The translations under genes and the position numbers were made by a program. A model generated the notes under the pieces. That model made no database searches and was not told where the DNA came from. It was given only the letters and a program-made list of their open reading frames with translations. Below are positions 1-13,600 of a DNA stretch of 64,000 bases, piece by piece (within the stretch, counting starts at the first letter, position 1; the number at the start of each line of letters is the position of its first letter). This DNA is from Bugula neritina (taxonomy: Eukaryota > Animalia > Bryozoa), in the NCBI GenBank assembly GCA_964035545.1, contig OZ037769.1:2170001-2234000 (forward strand). The letters run 5' to 3'.

Positions 1-6
1 CCTGCA

Positions 7-150
7 CACCTGTTGCATTGTGTCAATGTATATTGCAGTGGGAGACAACCCTTCACCCTGTTGCATTGTGTCAATGTTTTTACAGTAAGAGACAACCCTA
101 GTCACCTGTTGCAATGTGTCAATGTATATTGCAGTGGGAGACAACCCCTC
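7..150 (+). repeat. About 48-bp minisatellite (3 copies) spanning a CRAT splice acceptor
   Basis: Unit cacctgttgcattgtgtcaatgtatattgcAG|tgggagacaaccc; AG at 37-38, 84-85 and 133-134. Confidence 0.9.
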
Positions 151-3100
151 ACATTTAGATAAGATAGAAAAGTCAATATTCATATTGTGTCTGGACAAAC
201 AACCCAGAGAGACCCACGATCCTTCTGCAGATGAATTAAGTCGCAGTGCCAGACAGATGCTGTACGGGGACGGCACTAAGGCCTTCTCAACCAATAGGTG
301 GTTCGATAAAACACTGCAGGTTAGCTCTTATCTTATATTGTGACCTTTGACACTTTAGGACACCCAGTGTTAGTATATTCAATGTACGAAAAGTTATGTC
401 TAGTATTGATTGTATTTTACTGTTGAAAGTTTTAAATACTATTGCTGTCAAATTTTATACTATGACATCACTCATTAAAGAATGTGATAGAAGATATGTT
501 CTATTGAATGGAAACAGCCAGCCTTTCAACCAAATACTAAACTAGCTTCATCTCATATCATCATTTATGTTTTCTTTTCCTGTTGCAATTCTATACTCTT
601 CCTGAGATGGTAATATGATGTATTGTTTGTTTACTGAGATGGTAATATGGTATATTGCTTGTTTACTGAGATGGTAATATGGCGTATTGTCTGTGTTGCA
701 GTTTGTCGTGGGGAGAAATGGAAATATTGGACTCAACTATGAACATTCCCCTGCCGAAGGTCCCCCAATTGCTTCACTTCTTGACCATATACAAGACTAC
801 ATGTAAGTTTTAACTGCACTGTTGCTAGGCAACAAGACTACCTGTAAGTTCTACCTGCACTGTTGCTAGGTAACAAGACTACCTGTGAGTTTTACCTGCG
901 TTGTTGCTAGGTAACAATACTACCTGTAAGTTTAATTTGTGATGTTAGGTAATACTTTCACTGATTTTGTGGAGTAAAGAGACTATTTGGTAGAATGGGT
1001 CTTTGTTAAACTGCTTTCACCACTTCCACTTCCTGTTTTAGAACTAAAGGTAAAGAAAGTGAGCCGTCCAAAGGAACAACAGATATTCAGCCTCTGTCAT
1101 TCACTGTAAATAGTTCCATAGAGAAGGCAATTGAGACAGCCAAAACTGAAATAGATATGTGAGTTTATATAATAACTTTATTGACCCAACATCTATTCTG
1201 AATATATTCTCGTATGGAATACATATCTTGTATAAGTCTGTCAAATAAGTTGTAGTTACGTGAGAGAAGTCTATAAGTTGGGCTTAGTGCTCTCTCTATT
1301 GTCTCTCTATCTAAGTAAAATGTTTCAGCTCTATATGTCTCGCATTCACTCCAGAGAATAACCCTGCCATATGTAGCATTCCCCTTTACTCTCTGTATTC
1401 TCTTCCACCAGCTGTCTGTTAGTCATCTGTTGTATGTTTTTGGCAGCTTTGGTTCAGATGTCCAGCTGACAGCGCATAATTTCACTGGCTACGGCAAGAA
1501 TTTCGCCAAGTCCATAAAACAGAGTCCCGACGCTCTTATACAGGTATGTAGATTACAGTTCCTAGTATATTTGTAATAGGACAGAGGTTAATATATATGA
1601 ACTGGGTTATTTTACCTAATTTAGTACACACTGGAAATCTCTAGTTTTAGCTATTTTTTATAACTAAGCTGGTAATAAACATGGCTTTTTGCCCAAAATT
1701 AACAACATATCAACAAATACTCCTAAATAATCAAAGTTTTTTGTAATTTTGCTTGATTTCCCATGTTTTTTCCTAATTATACAGCTTACTTTCGATTGCA
1801 GATCGTTATACATGTATTTTTCGTAATGGTCCGCAATCCAAATTAGCTAAATAAATGGGAAAAACACAACAAGATATTTGCATTCAGGGTGTATAATTAA
1901 GTATTTTAATATCCTAACATTTTTTATAAAAACAGTGAAATCCCTATCTATCTCCTTTTGGAACTCATGGAGGTTAAATAGTGTAAGCTATACATTTTTT
2001 GGTGTATTCAGCCATATTTGAATTTTATCTAATTAAAGTTTGCCACCATGCAAAAAGAAAGTTGAGCATTTCCTACAAGACGTCAAAATAAGCGGATATC
2101 TCTTTTTAATTAGTTAAGGTTTTTTATCTGAGCTTTGCAACCCTCTTTTAAGTTAATCAAAGTCTCTTCTTATTGAACGAAGCTCCTAGCAACCCGATAT
2201 TAGTGTTGACCTTCAACTCGTAGAAGTATGTTGTGTTTAGAGATCACTCCACTAATGTCTAACAACATTTCACAGGTTGCTATGCAGCTAGCATTCTATA
2301 GAGATCAAGGTCACCCGTGTGCCACTTACGAGAGTGCTTCTACTAGAATGTTTCAACTCGGTAGAACCGACACCATCAGGTCCTGCACACCCAAATCTCT
2401 CGCGTTCTGCCAGGCCATGTCCAGTGGCAGCTTGGACAGGTGCTCTATGGTTTATCTGTTTGTATACTCTTAACTTGATTGTGAGTAACCACACTGCATA
2501 GCTTTAGATAACATGTGATAGTAGGGGTGTAGTCAGGGGTCAGGTTATGCTGTAGTCTGATGTTAACTACACGGTGGTGTATCTACTTTCAGGACTGCTC
2601 TAGCCAATTCCCTCATAGAGGCCATCACTGCTCACAGGAAGTACACGTCAGAAGCTGTTTCTGGTCAGGGAATAGACAGACATCTGCTCGGTTAGTAGTT
2701 AGTACTTGATAAATAGTACTTAGTATATTTAGTAGTTAGTACTTAGTAGTTAGTACTTAGTAGTTAGTACTTAGTAATTTGTATTTCATAGTTAATAAAT
2801 AATACTTGGTACTTGATACTGCTGTGATGTATAATGCACACAGTATTTGATTGGAGTCACCATTTTTGCAGTTCACTGATTGTATTGTTTGTAGTGAATA
2901 TTATTCATCAATAAAATAATGGAATAGTTAATAGCGAGGAAGTGATTTGTATAAAAGCTTCATGAGCAATCATTGTGAGTTTATTGTCAGAGTAGAAAAC
3001 TTTGCTCGGCATAAATACAATCGATGTACTAAGTACTTCTTGCAATCTAATATGCTACCATACAATTTTGCATTACTTTTGCTGATATATACAGTATTAT

Positions 3101-3808
3101 TCACATGTTTACATCATCTCAAAAGTGTGAAAGTTTTCGTAACTGCAGTAACTACTTTTATATTTGTAGGTTTAAAACTGATAGCTATTCAAAACGGAAT
3201 GAATGTACCAGAGCTACACATGGATCCAACCTACTCTAAAGCTTTTCACTTTAACCTCTCTACTAGCCAGGTACTAGTTGAATATATACAAGCATTTCAT
3301 TGGACTGAATGTGAAAGGTTTCAACACTGTAACTATGATTGGCAGTGGAGGGGCTTTTAGTTTTCCGTCTACTTCTAGCCTGTCTTTATTGCCATGTTGA
3401 TATCTTGATTTACCTTCCCTGGTTGAAGCTGAAAAGGTTGAACTCAATCACTGCTCAACAACTTCTTTGAGAGCTACCACCTTTAGCAAAAGAAGAAAAT
3501 CCTTTTCCATACTTGTTACTATGGCATTGAACAGTTGATACAAAGTTTGAAATACTACTTTACTGTTCTACTCGCTATACACTAGTTGAATATTCCAGGT
3601 ACCTTGTAAAAGCTCCACAGTTCTATGTTTTGGCGCCGTTGTGCCAGATGGCTACGGCTTCTGCTACAACCCGAGACCCAATGAAATACTGTTTGTCACA
3701 TCATCATACAAGAACTGTGAGAAGACCGACTCCCAGAACCTGGCCAACAGGTTGTGTGAAAGTCTCATGGATATCAAAGCCTTGTTCCCCGCTACGGCTA
3801 AGCTATAG
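135..3808 (+). CDS. CRAT: Carnitine O-acetyltransferase, 3' part (last 8 exons; 5' exons lie before the window)
   Basis: Phase-consistent GT-AG exons 135-319, 702-802, 1042-1158, 1447-1543, 2276-2439, 2593-2690, 3170-3270, 3599-3808. Carnitine/choline acyltransferase motifs: [10 protein letters not shown], catalytic-His motif [59 protein letters not shown]. The C-terminal AKL* (PTS1) matches vertebrate CRAT. Confidence 0.93.
602..701 (+). repeat. 32-bp tandem repeat (3 copies) abutting a CRAT acceptor
   Basis: ctgagatggtaatatggtatattgcttgttta x3, ending at the AG at 700-701. Confidence 0.85.
791..931 (+). repeat. 41-bp minisatellite spanning a CRAT splice donor
   Basis: acaagactac(a/c)t|GTRAGT..tgttgctagg; GT at 803, 844, 885 and 926. 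Confidence 0.9.
1597..1913 (-). mobile_element. MITE-like element, internally deleted copy of the GGGTCATTTTAC-TIR family
   Basis: 1604-1830 is the reverse complement of 41030-41259; degenerate second TIR at about 1886-1913. Confidence 0.7.
2691..2815 (+). repeat. 14-bp repeat (gttagtacttagta)n starting at a CRAT donor
   Basis: The intron starts gttagt, and this hexamer recurs in each unit. Confidence 0.75.
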
Positions 3809-4612
3809 CGGCTGGCACAGCCCCTCCCCTTCAACACGTGGGATGCTACACAACTGATTTTATGCTCTATTAGTTTCAATGCGCATACTAGTCATGGCTA
3901 CATCTTCCTTGAATTAAACCCTACTGTTAACATGTTTTTATATTTATATCTTAGTATTTTAATACTGTTTTTAGGCTAGTCTTTAGATTTTACTGCCATT
4001 TATAGCTATCCTAGTATCCACAGCCATTCTGCATTATTTTTTGTTATGATACAATCACAGGATTTTGAATTTTCATTGTTTTTTGATAAAAAAAAAATTG
4101 TTTGAATACTCTGCAAATAAATCTATTGGTACACATCATGGCAGGTATGTTTGTTGGCCAACACTGTGGCAGTAAACTTGCTGATCTTGTATTAGCTACA
4201 CTTGTTAGATATGCACACAGAGTGAGAAGAATTCACAGAAATGGATTCTTGGGTCACATCAGAACTGTTCATTATAAATCACTTAGCCAAGAGAATAATT
4301 AAAAAGTGAAGAAACAAGCAATGTTTTGGTTTATGCTTTAAATAACCCACAACCATCACAGTGTTGATTTTGCTCATTTGCACAAGTAAAAGTGTTAAAC
4401 AGTAAAAGCCAAGTCCAGTAACTGGGTTTTTAAGGAAAAACAGAAGAGCTAATAAGGCAGGTGTTAGCAGGTCTAGAATAATTATTATAAGACATGTATG
4501 CACTAGCGTATAAATATAGTTAATACTGTAAACTACATTGCATCACGGGATATGAACAGGACATGATAGCTAATACAGATGATAAAGTGCGTATAAATAA
4601 CATAGAAATATC

Positions 4613-7600
4613 TTAACTGTGTGAGGTTAAAGCAGTTTTAAGATCTTTGACTAGCATGGAGCCAATGACAATCTTCTCACTATTGACCGAAAGAGTTACA
4701 TTACTGTCTGTATATTTGACCTTGAGTAGTACATCACACTTAGTGGACAAGGTATGAGCTGCGTAAAGTAAGGTGTGCTCTTCACTGGAAGCAACTTGAC
4801 CTAGATTAGCTACTTTTGTTATAATAGATTGTAATTGGCTGATTTCTGCACCTTCTACATCCAGTGTAGCAGCTGTCTCATTCATTCCACCCAATTTGCC
4901 TGTAATAAGAATATTAACTTGTTACTAATCAGCTAACTATAATGAATATATGATGCCTTTCATCACAATTTAATTTATATAAAACACATTTATTTTATTC
5001 TATTAGCACAGTTACTACATTTCCAAGCTTCGCATTATTCGAATAGATTGTCCATTCGATATTTGGAAACAGTTACATCGAATGAAACCACAATTATAAG
5101 TTTGTGCAAACTGCAAACACAAATTCATCTGTACGAGCATCCATTCGCATAATGCGAAGCAATGGAAACGCTGTCAATTTCAAATATTCTCAATAACCAT
5201 ATCATTTTTAAATTGCCCTGTGACTACCTTTCAAAGAGTTGAAATCGTTTTCACTCATAGTTACTGCCGTCAAGAGCTCGCCAACTGGTGCTTTGACCTT
5301 CACCTTGTAAGTTCGCTCAGCAGTCATGAGGTCAAACTCCGCCGGCTGCAGAGTGTCATTGAAATCAATACCTGCGATATATACACATGACTATGATATG
5401 ATATACAAATAGGTGAGACATGTAAGTACACACAATATACAAAAAAGATATACAAGGTGTATATAAGATAGCATGCGTGCCTACAGAGTACTACAAACTA
5501 TTGTAATCAGAGTGACCATATTACAAGACACAGCAGGAGTAGACAACCTCTGAACAATAAATTTTAATTATTCTGTTTTATAGCGACTACTTGTACACAC
5601 AAAACACATCTTTATGTTTCATCACAATTGTGAAGACAACTCTAATTTTACCCTAAGTCAAAAAGAGGACAAATCCAACCTAAGTTGACATGTATTGACA
5701 GTTATCTATTTGAAGAAGAGAGATAAGTGAGAAGCACATGTGGTCTTGTGTGTTGCTAAAGACACTTCAATCTCAAATTGCTGCAATACTTTACTGCAAA
5801 TGAAAAGCAAAACTTCACAGCGGATATAACGCAAAAGCTGGGAGTTGTAGAGACTTACCGATAGTAACGGTGAGAGTAGAGCCTACGTCCAGCTTCTCAA
5901 TGGGGAGGAACTCATGGAGATGCATACCAGCTTGTAGACGCTGTGGGAATATGTGTTGTACAGTGAATATGTACAGTGTAAATGTACAGTGAATATGTAC
6001 AGTGAATATGTACAGTGAATATGTACAGTGAATATGTACAGTGAATATGTACAGTGTATATGTACAGTGTATATGTACAGTGTATATGTACAGTCAATAT
6101 GTACAGTGAATATTGTTAACATGTTGAGAAGGATCAGTTTTACATACTAATCTGCTAGCTCTAACTTATAGTAGAGTGTAGGCTGCATAACGAGATTACA
6201 ACTAGAGAGTGTTGTTTCAATACACTTAGCATTCAAGAAGATTTGACATGTAATTTCTTAGTTAATGATACAAGATATAGTATAGTAGTAAAGTAGTAAG
6301 ATTTGCAATGTTAATGCCAACACATTTGGTATTGGAAATGCTCCATCTAAAAAAATTTCTCATTCAGATACAATACGGAATCCCATACTGTATACTGCAG
6401 AGCTAAGCTCAAACCACCTGACCAGGTAATAAAGACTTGTACAGGATATGATGACTAAACTATCACTAAGTGACTATTACAAGATAAGGAGTTGTGTTCA
6501 CCTTCTCGCCAACTTTGACGTTTGTAATGGGCTGATCTGATTGGTTGGTGAATGTAAGTTCTACACTCGTCATCTTCTCTGAATAGAAGTTGGGAGACCT
6601 GGTGAACCTGTGGAACATCACAAAACTAATAAGGTGCATTGAATGTAAAATATAGCTTAGACAGGCTGAGATTATTCTATAGGTTGAAACAATAGAATAT
6701 ATGGAATACATCTGGGCTTGCGCTAACAACATAATATGTAGACCCAAGTCTAACTGGCATTTATTCATATGTGGCATGCATGGTGTAGACGTCAATGGAA
6801 TGCTCAGTGTAAACGTGCAGAGCAATACCAAACCTACCTGTAGGAGAAAACCTACCTGTAGGAGGAAACCTACCTTTAGGAGAAAACCTTCCTGTAGAAG
6901 GAAACCTACCTGTAGAAGGAAACCTACCTGTAGAAGGAAACCTACCTGTAGAAGGAAACCTACCTGTAAGATGTCGACAGCCCACCACTAGTCATTCGGT
7001 TCAGCAGCTCGTGCTGCTCAGTTGGTATAAATGTGGCAGCAACAGACTACAACAAACAGGATGGATCACCGTGGCAACAATATAACAGTGGCACATCTGG
7101 TCTAGCAATTGCACACTGAAGTTATAATACATTACTATACAATAGCAAGCAGATAAATATGGTAGGGTAGTCTGAAGAGGGTCACAAGACCGGCAGCATG
7201 TGCTGTTGAATTGCTCTGCCAGCATACAAGTCACTGACGGCAATACACAAGTAGATAATGCACCATATCAATCAATTTTTTATTAGTGTGAGTTTAGCAA
7301 TTACCTTGACCTTGGAAGGAGCGGGAGAGGTAGGAGATAGTGTGAGGTCCGCCATCATTGGCTGAAGAGGGGCAGCGGAGTGAGTAACGGCAGCACCATT
7401 TGGAACGGGAGAAGGAGATTGTTCAACTGCATTGATATAACACATAGTAGTCACAACACATAATAGTCACAACATATAGTATTCATAGGACACAAGAGTG
7501 ACACGGTGTAGGTGAGTTTGAATGACAGGGTCAGCAGGATTGCTTTGGCTCAAAACACAACATGACAATAAAATATACTGAGAGAAAAAAAATCACATAC

Positions 7601-10600
7601 TGGCAGGTTTAACATCACACATGACTTACAATCTAACAGATCCAATAGATTTCCAGTCTCTTTCTTAGCCGTGGGTTTAGTCACAGGTTTAGCCTTAGGG
7701 GATTTCTTCACTGGAACCACTTCCTCCTCCGAGCTGCTTTCTTCTGTTATGACAAGAAAGAAGGCAACTTCACAACGGCTTAGCAAATATCACAAACAAA
7801 GACACTAGTAGTTACGAAACAGGTGCAGGACAGAACCAAAATAAAGGATTTAATACTAGGGCGAAAATGAAGTTTCTAGTAATAATCACCCCTTGATTCG
7901 ATTCCCACAAGCCGAAAAGCACCTCCAGTGCCGAGTACACCAGGAAGGTATATACAGAGTGACTAACCTTCGCTACTCTCCTCTTCAGACGAGGATTCTT
8001 CTTCACTTTCCTCTTCTTCTTCTGATGATGTCACTTCCTTTTTATGTTTAGATTTAGTTTGTGTTTCTTCTTCACTGGAGTTGTCTTCTTCACTTCCTTC
8101 TTCTAAAGCAGTTTTAAGGTTAGTATAACAAGTAGCACCAATCTATTGTCGTGTTTAAATATACGCTACACTACAATGAACTAGTACCCCTACTGAGTAA
8201 ACTGAGCTGTAAACTCACCACTATCTCCTGCCCCACTATCCTCAGTACCCTCTTCACTAGAGCTACCCTCCTCTTCGCTAGAACCCTCTTCACTGCTACT
8301 TTCCTCCTCTGACTCTGTCTCACTGTAGAATCCCTTCTCTTTCTTACTGGTCTTAGTATCCTGTATACACAGTATAATATGTCAGTCAATACTACTTCAT
8401 TACACTGTGCTATGGCAGGGAAGTGGCCCAGTGGTTAGAGTGCCGGTCCAGTGAGCGTGAAGTTACGGGTTCGAAACCCAGTGATGACAGTTGGTGATGT
8501 CAGGAAAGGCATTCAGTCATAATCGCTTGTAGTAACTGCTTGTTTAAAGTAAAAGTCACCAAACCATATTGCCAGTATGGTGAGACACAGCTGGTAGCTA
8601 AAACACGACTTTAATCAGGTATTTCCATACAAATAGAGGTTTCAAACAAACGCCATGTAACTCTATACTACATTACTGATGAATTAATATGGCTTCTACC
8701 GATTGGATAGTAAGTATTCTTAGATGTACGTCTAAATAATGTGTAGATACAGTTAAAGAAAGTGTAGATACAGCTAAAGAGAGTGTAGATACAGCTAAAG
8801 AGAGTGTAAATACAGATAGATATAAAGAAAGTAAAAAATCACTTCAGTTAAAAACACAACCATAACTTAAGCAATACCTTGGAAGCCTTCATCAATACGC
8901 TGGTACTTGGTTTGGGAACTTCAACATTCCTAACAGAAGATGGAGGGGGGACTTCGGGCCACACTGGAAGTTCGTTGTATCCGTGGGCTTTGTTGTTGAT
9001 AGTGTGCGAGAGAGAGCTGAGTTGATACTGGTCTCTCTCTGTAGATATACATGTATACTTTCATAGTATTATATTATATTAACATAGTAATATTATATAG
9101 TATATAGTAATATTACACAGTATAGTAATAATACATAGTATAGTAATAATACATAGTATAGTATTAATACATAGTATAGTAATACTAAATATTATAGTAA
9201 TATGTCATAATAAAACATAATATAGCAAAACTGGTGACACTAACATCTGCATGCCTAGTGTGAGCCACCTTTGTGCGGAGGTATAGCAACCAATGCATGC
9301 TAAACTATAGCTACTTTAGCATGCATCACACATTAGAATCTAACAATAATTATTACCCTGATGTAGTAAAAGCCATGGTGTAGCCTATATTTTAGTTAAC
9401 TCAGCAGTAAAGTCACTCGAGCTAACGGAAAACTACATCATTTCAATATTACATTCTGTTGCTGCCGATAGACATTCACCAATCAGACTTAAAACATACG
9501 CTGCCGCCCAGTATGCTGACAGCACAATAGACCCACCTTTAAACCTGCTCTGCACCACTGGAGCAGGTTTATCAGCCAGGAATATCTTTTTAGCATGCTT
9601 AGCCAAAGCTCCAGCATTGTCCCCTGGTAGAATAAGGGCTCGGAGTAGACGTGCCCTATCCCTGATGTCGTAGCTCTGGTCGTACTTGGCCAGGTTAAAC
9701 ACATACTGACAGAGTAGCTGGGTCTGCTTAGGGTTGGTTATGCAGAGTTTAGCTGCCAGATTCAGCGTCTGCAACTTAACCAGGTCATCCTACAACCAGC
9801 CAGAGCGAATGAGTACGGGCTGTGTGTCACAGGCTATGTATCACAGGCTATGTATCACAGGCTATGTATAACAGGCTATGTATCACAGGCTATGTATCAC
9901 AGGCTATGTATCACAGGCTAGTATTCTGATTAGTGAATATGAAAGAAGACTGTCTTCATTATATAGAATAAACTAGCACTTTATTCACCAGCTGCGGTAA
10001 TAAAACGAAATGATGCTATAACAAGAGTTTTAGATTTTTCAGGTGGATTTTAGATGCGAAACTATCTTTTTAAAGACTATTCAATAAAAACAGGCAAACT
10101 AAATATTATATACATGTGCATAATATGTATATACACCGTGTACACATAAACTATTAGTCAAACTTTGTATATAATCATTATTCACAATAGATTGAAGCAT
10201 TTCTATGATAACTAGTAACTAATAGATAAGAGAAATAAAGAACATACAGTGCATCAGATTATCACACTGATAATACAACAAGTTACACATTGAAGTTGTC
10301 TTCCACTTGCCTCTTGAATGAACACCTTAGCCGCTTTCCTAAGCACATCGGGAGCTATTTTAGGGACTTTATCACAGTACTCCCCTATCAGCCAGAGGAT
10401 GGCGCCTTTAGCTCGGGCTACGGTTATCTTATCTAACATGTGAGCCAGATGTACGATGATGTCTTTATGTCCACTGGACTGTAATCAGAGTAAGAATAAC
10501 ACATTATCATGTGTAGAGTATATCACATAGTAACATGTATATTATACAGTAGTTTGTATATTATAAAGTAATTCTTATATACAGTAATGTGCGTATTATA

Positions 10601-13600
10601 GAGTAATGTGTGTATTATACAGTAACTCTTATACACAGTAATGTGCAATGGGGAGACAACAACAGTATATAATTTGATAGACAATCAAGTTATAAATCTC
10701 TCTCAATAAATGTTTTAGAAATTATATACCAATGAAGTTACATTTTGCATGTCAAAATAGAAACATATATACAGCATGAGGCAGCCAGCAACTTACGAAT
10801 ACGCTACCAGATAATAAACTAAGTATTGCCTACAACCCGTTTAGTTTGATATTCACTCTGCAGTCTGTACTCTGCTTACCTTCATCTGGAGTAACTTCTT
10901 GATAACCACAACACTCTCTCCCACCACTGTCTCTGTAAATGTACACAATACTGTATTACTCTCTCATCACCTGACAGGTAACCGCAGGTAATACTGAGGT
11001 ATGCATGGCAAAGCGCAGGTAACTCTGGGCTTACAACACTATGGACAAAAATTATTTGAGTCTTTTAGCAAAATATGAGGAAAAATTGATGCGAGTAAAA
11101 CATTGGTTGAAAAACAAGTTTATTACAAATAGACAGCACCTAATATGAGCACATACCATTCTTGTTGGAGAGGAGGGTGATAAGACCACCCAAACACGCG
11201 TCAGTTATGTCCCCGATACCGCTGGCTATCTTACCGATAGCCTGTATGGAGGCTGAAGAAAAGCCACTCTCTGTACTCAGAACGTATTGCTGTAACATAA
11301 CCACTAGTTATATTACCGTAGTATATAATTATTCACTACCCTGCTATATCAATGTCAAGAAACACAGGCTAATCTCATACACTGTGGATGATACATAAAC
11401 TCACTACCAAAACCAAGGGAGATTACTCCTGGTATATCAACTAGAATAACTACTGGAAACAGCTGACGCAAGGATATGAATCTGATAAAAGTTGAACTAA
11501 CAAATTACATCTAGCAAATATTGTTTAAAAACAACCCTGCAAATTTCAGATTTTTACAGTTAAGAAAATTATATTGATAATATTGTATTATAGATAACAA
11601 TGTAGTCCTGCATATACAAAACATAGAAGAAAACAGACAGAATACTGTACAGATATGACAGACAGACCTGGAACTCTCTGATCATGACAGACACGTTATG
11701 TTCAGAAGCGAGGCTGGTGAGGATCTCCAGTTTGAGAAGTTTAATGTGCAGAGCGTCGTTGGCATTAATGTAGAAGCTCTTGATGTACGGCTCAAACACG
11801 CCCTTCTTGTTGAGTGCCATGGTAGCGATGTTGGACAGCACGACGTACTGTATCTCCTTGTGAGACTTCAGCAGACGTATCATAGCCCGAGCTACCAGAC
11901 CAACTTCACTCTACAATAGAGAAGCCTCAGTCAGTAGTGCCAAACCCATGGCAGTCAAGTTCTCAGGCTAGGCAGAAAGTAGTAGCTCTGTATACGTTTG
12001 TAGATGAGATAGAATGTCCAACTGACACAGGTTGAGCTTCTATACTATGAGAATTGTGTTTCTTTACTATAGGAAAGAATGTTGTATAGTTACCCTGTGT
12101 TAGATGTTAGTTTTCTTGGGGGCACAGTGGTAGTACAAGAGTGGATACAATGCATTACCTTGGGGGCATAGTGGTAGTACAGGAGTGGATACAATGCATT
12201 ACCTTGGGGCACAGTGGTATTAAAGGAGTGGATACAATGCATTACCTTGGGGGCACAGTGGTAGTACAGGAGTGGATATAATGCATTACCTTGGGGGCAC
12301 AGTGGTAGTACAGGAGTGGATACAATGCATTACCTTGGGGGCACAGTGGTAGTACAGGAGTGGATACAATGCATTACCTTGGGGGCACAGTGGTAGTACA
12401 GGAGTGGATATAATGCATTACCTTGGGGGCACAGTGGTAGTACAGGAGTGGATATAATACATTACCTTGGGGGCACAGTGGTAGTACAGCTGCACCACTG
12501 CCATGATCACAGCGGAGTTCCTGCTGTTGAGAAGAGGTTTGGAGTTCTTGAGTAGTAGCCTGTGATCTGGGTCCATCATGTACACGGGTTTACTGGGACC
12601 CTCGTCAGAGTCCGAGTCACTGTCTTCATTAGAGGAATAGAAGGCTTTCTCCTTCACAGGCTCAGCAGACTGATCATTGCTCTCAGACTAGAGATAGAAC
12701 ACTCTGTGATGTCATAATGTGATGAGAGCTGATTGGCTGAATAGCAGCAGACGTACAGCTTGGCCAATAAAATTTCAGAGACATTTTCTCAATTTATTAG
12801 AAGTGCAAAACATTAGGCGATAATTGTTGCTTAGTATAAACAAAGCAGAGACAAGGTTGAGATTAAAACTACGAAAGTTATAAATTAACAAATATTAATT
12901 AAATTAGAAATTTAACCATTGAGAATATTAGGATAATTAACTCAACAATCCTAAAACACAAAATAAATAAATAGACTCATAAAAACACTGACTTTGTACA
13001 TGAGTGACATATGATAGGCTGTAGATCTAGCCAATAACATTCACCCGTAAGAAATATTATAAAAAAGTTACTATGAATAGCCTTAGTATCTAACACAGCA
13101 TTACAGACCTGGTTGGGGTCAACAAACTGAGTGCGGGCGTATCGTGTCAGCATGTTGATGATGATGACCTGGCCCCACTCCTCCACGTCTGCTAGCAGCG
13201 AGCACAACTTCCTGTAGTTCTTATGAATCAGATCTATTCTTTCCGGACAGAGTTCCTCGAAGGCTTGTATAGCACTTCCTATGACCAACTGCGGGGAGGA
13301 AGACATGATCATGGTGAGCACAACTTCTAGAATATGATTACTTCTAGAATATCTACGCCTCTAGTAAGTAACTACACAACTCTGCTTGTATATCACAATA
13401 CTAGCTATTAACAAATATTCATATAAAACTAACCAATAAGGTCTGAATGGGTAGTATAAATAGCAACACTAAGTCATGAGTTACAAGTATTCAAAGTTGT
13501 AGATAAAGCACCATGGTAACCAAAGTACATGAAACTGCTGCTACACAAAACGCAATTAGTAGATACTAATTTTCATGTAGAAATCAGTTGGGATTCACTT

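Noticed and set aside
135-3808. Choline acetyltransferase or CPT identity
   Set aside because: The STS carnitine-binding motif, EHxxAEGPP and C-terminal AKL fit CRAT better.
8418-8490. tRNA gene (also at about 25190)
   Set aside because: A and B boxes are present but the acceptor stem does not pair, and a shared SINE core follows.
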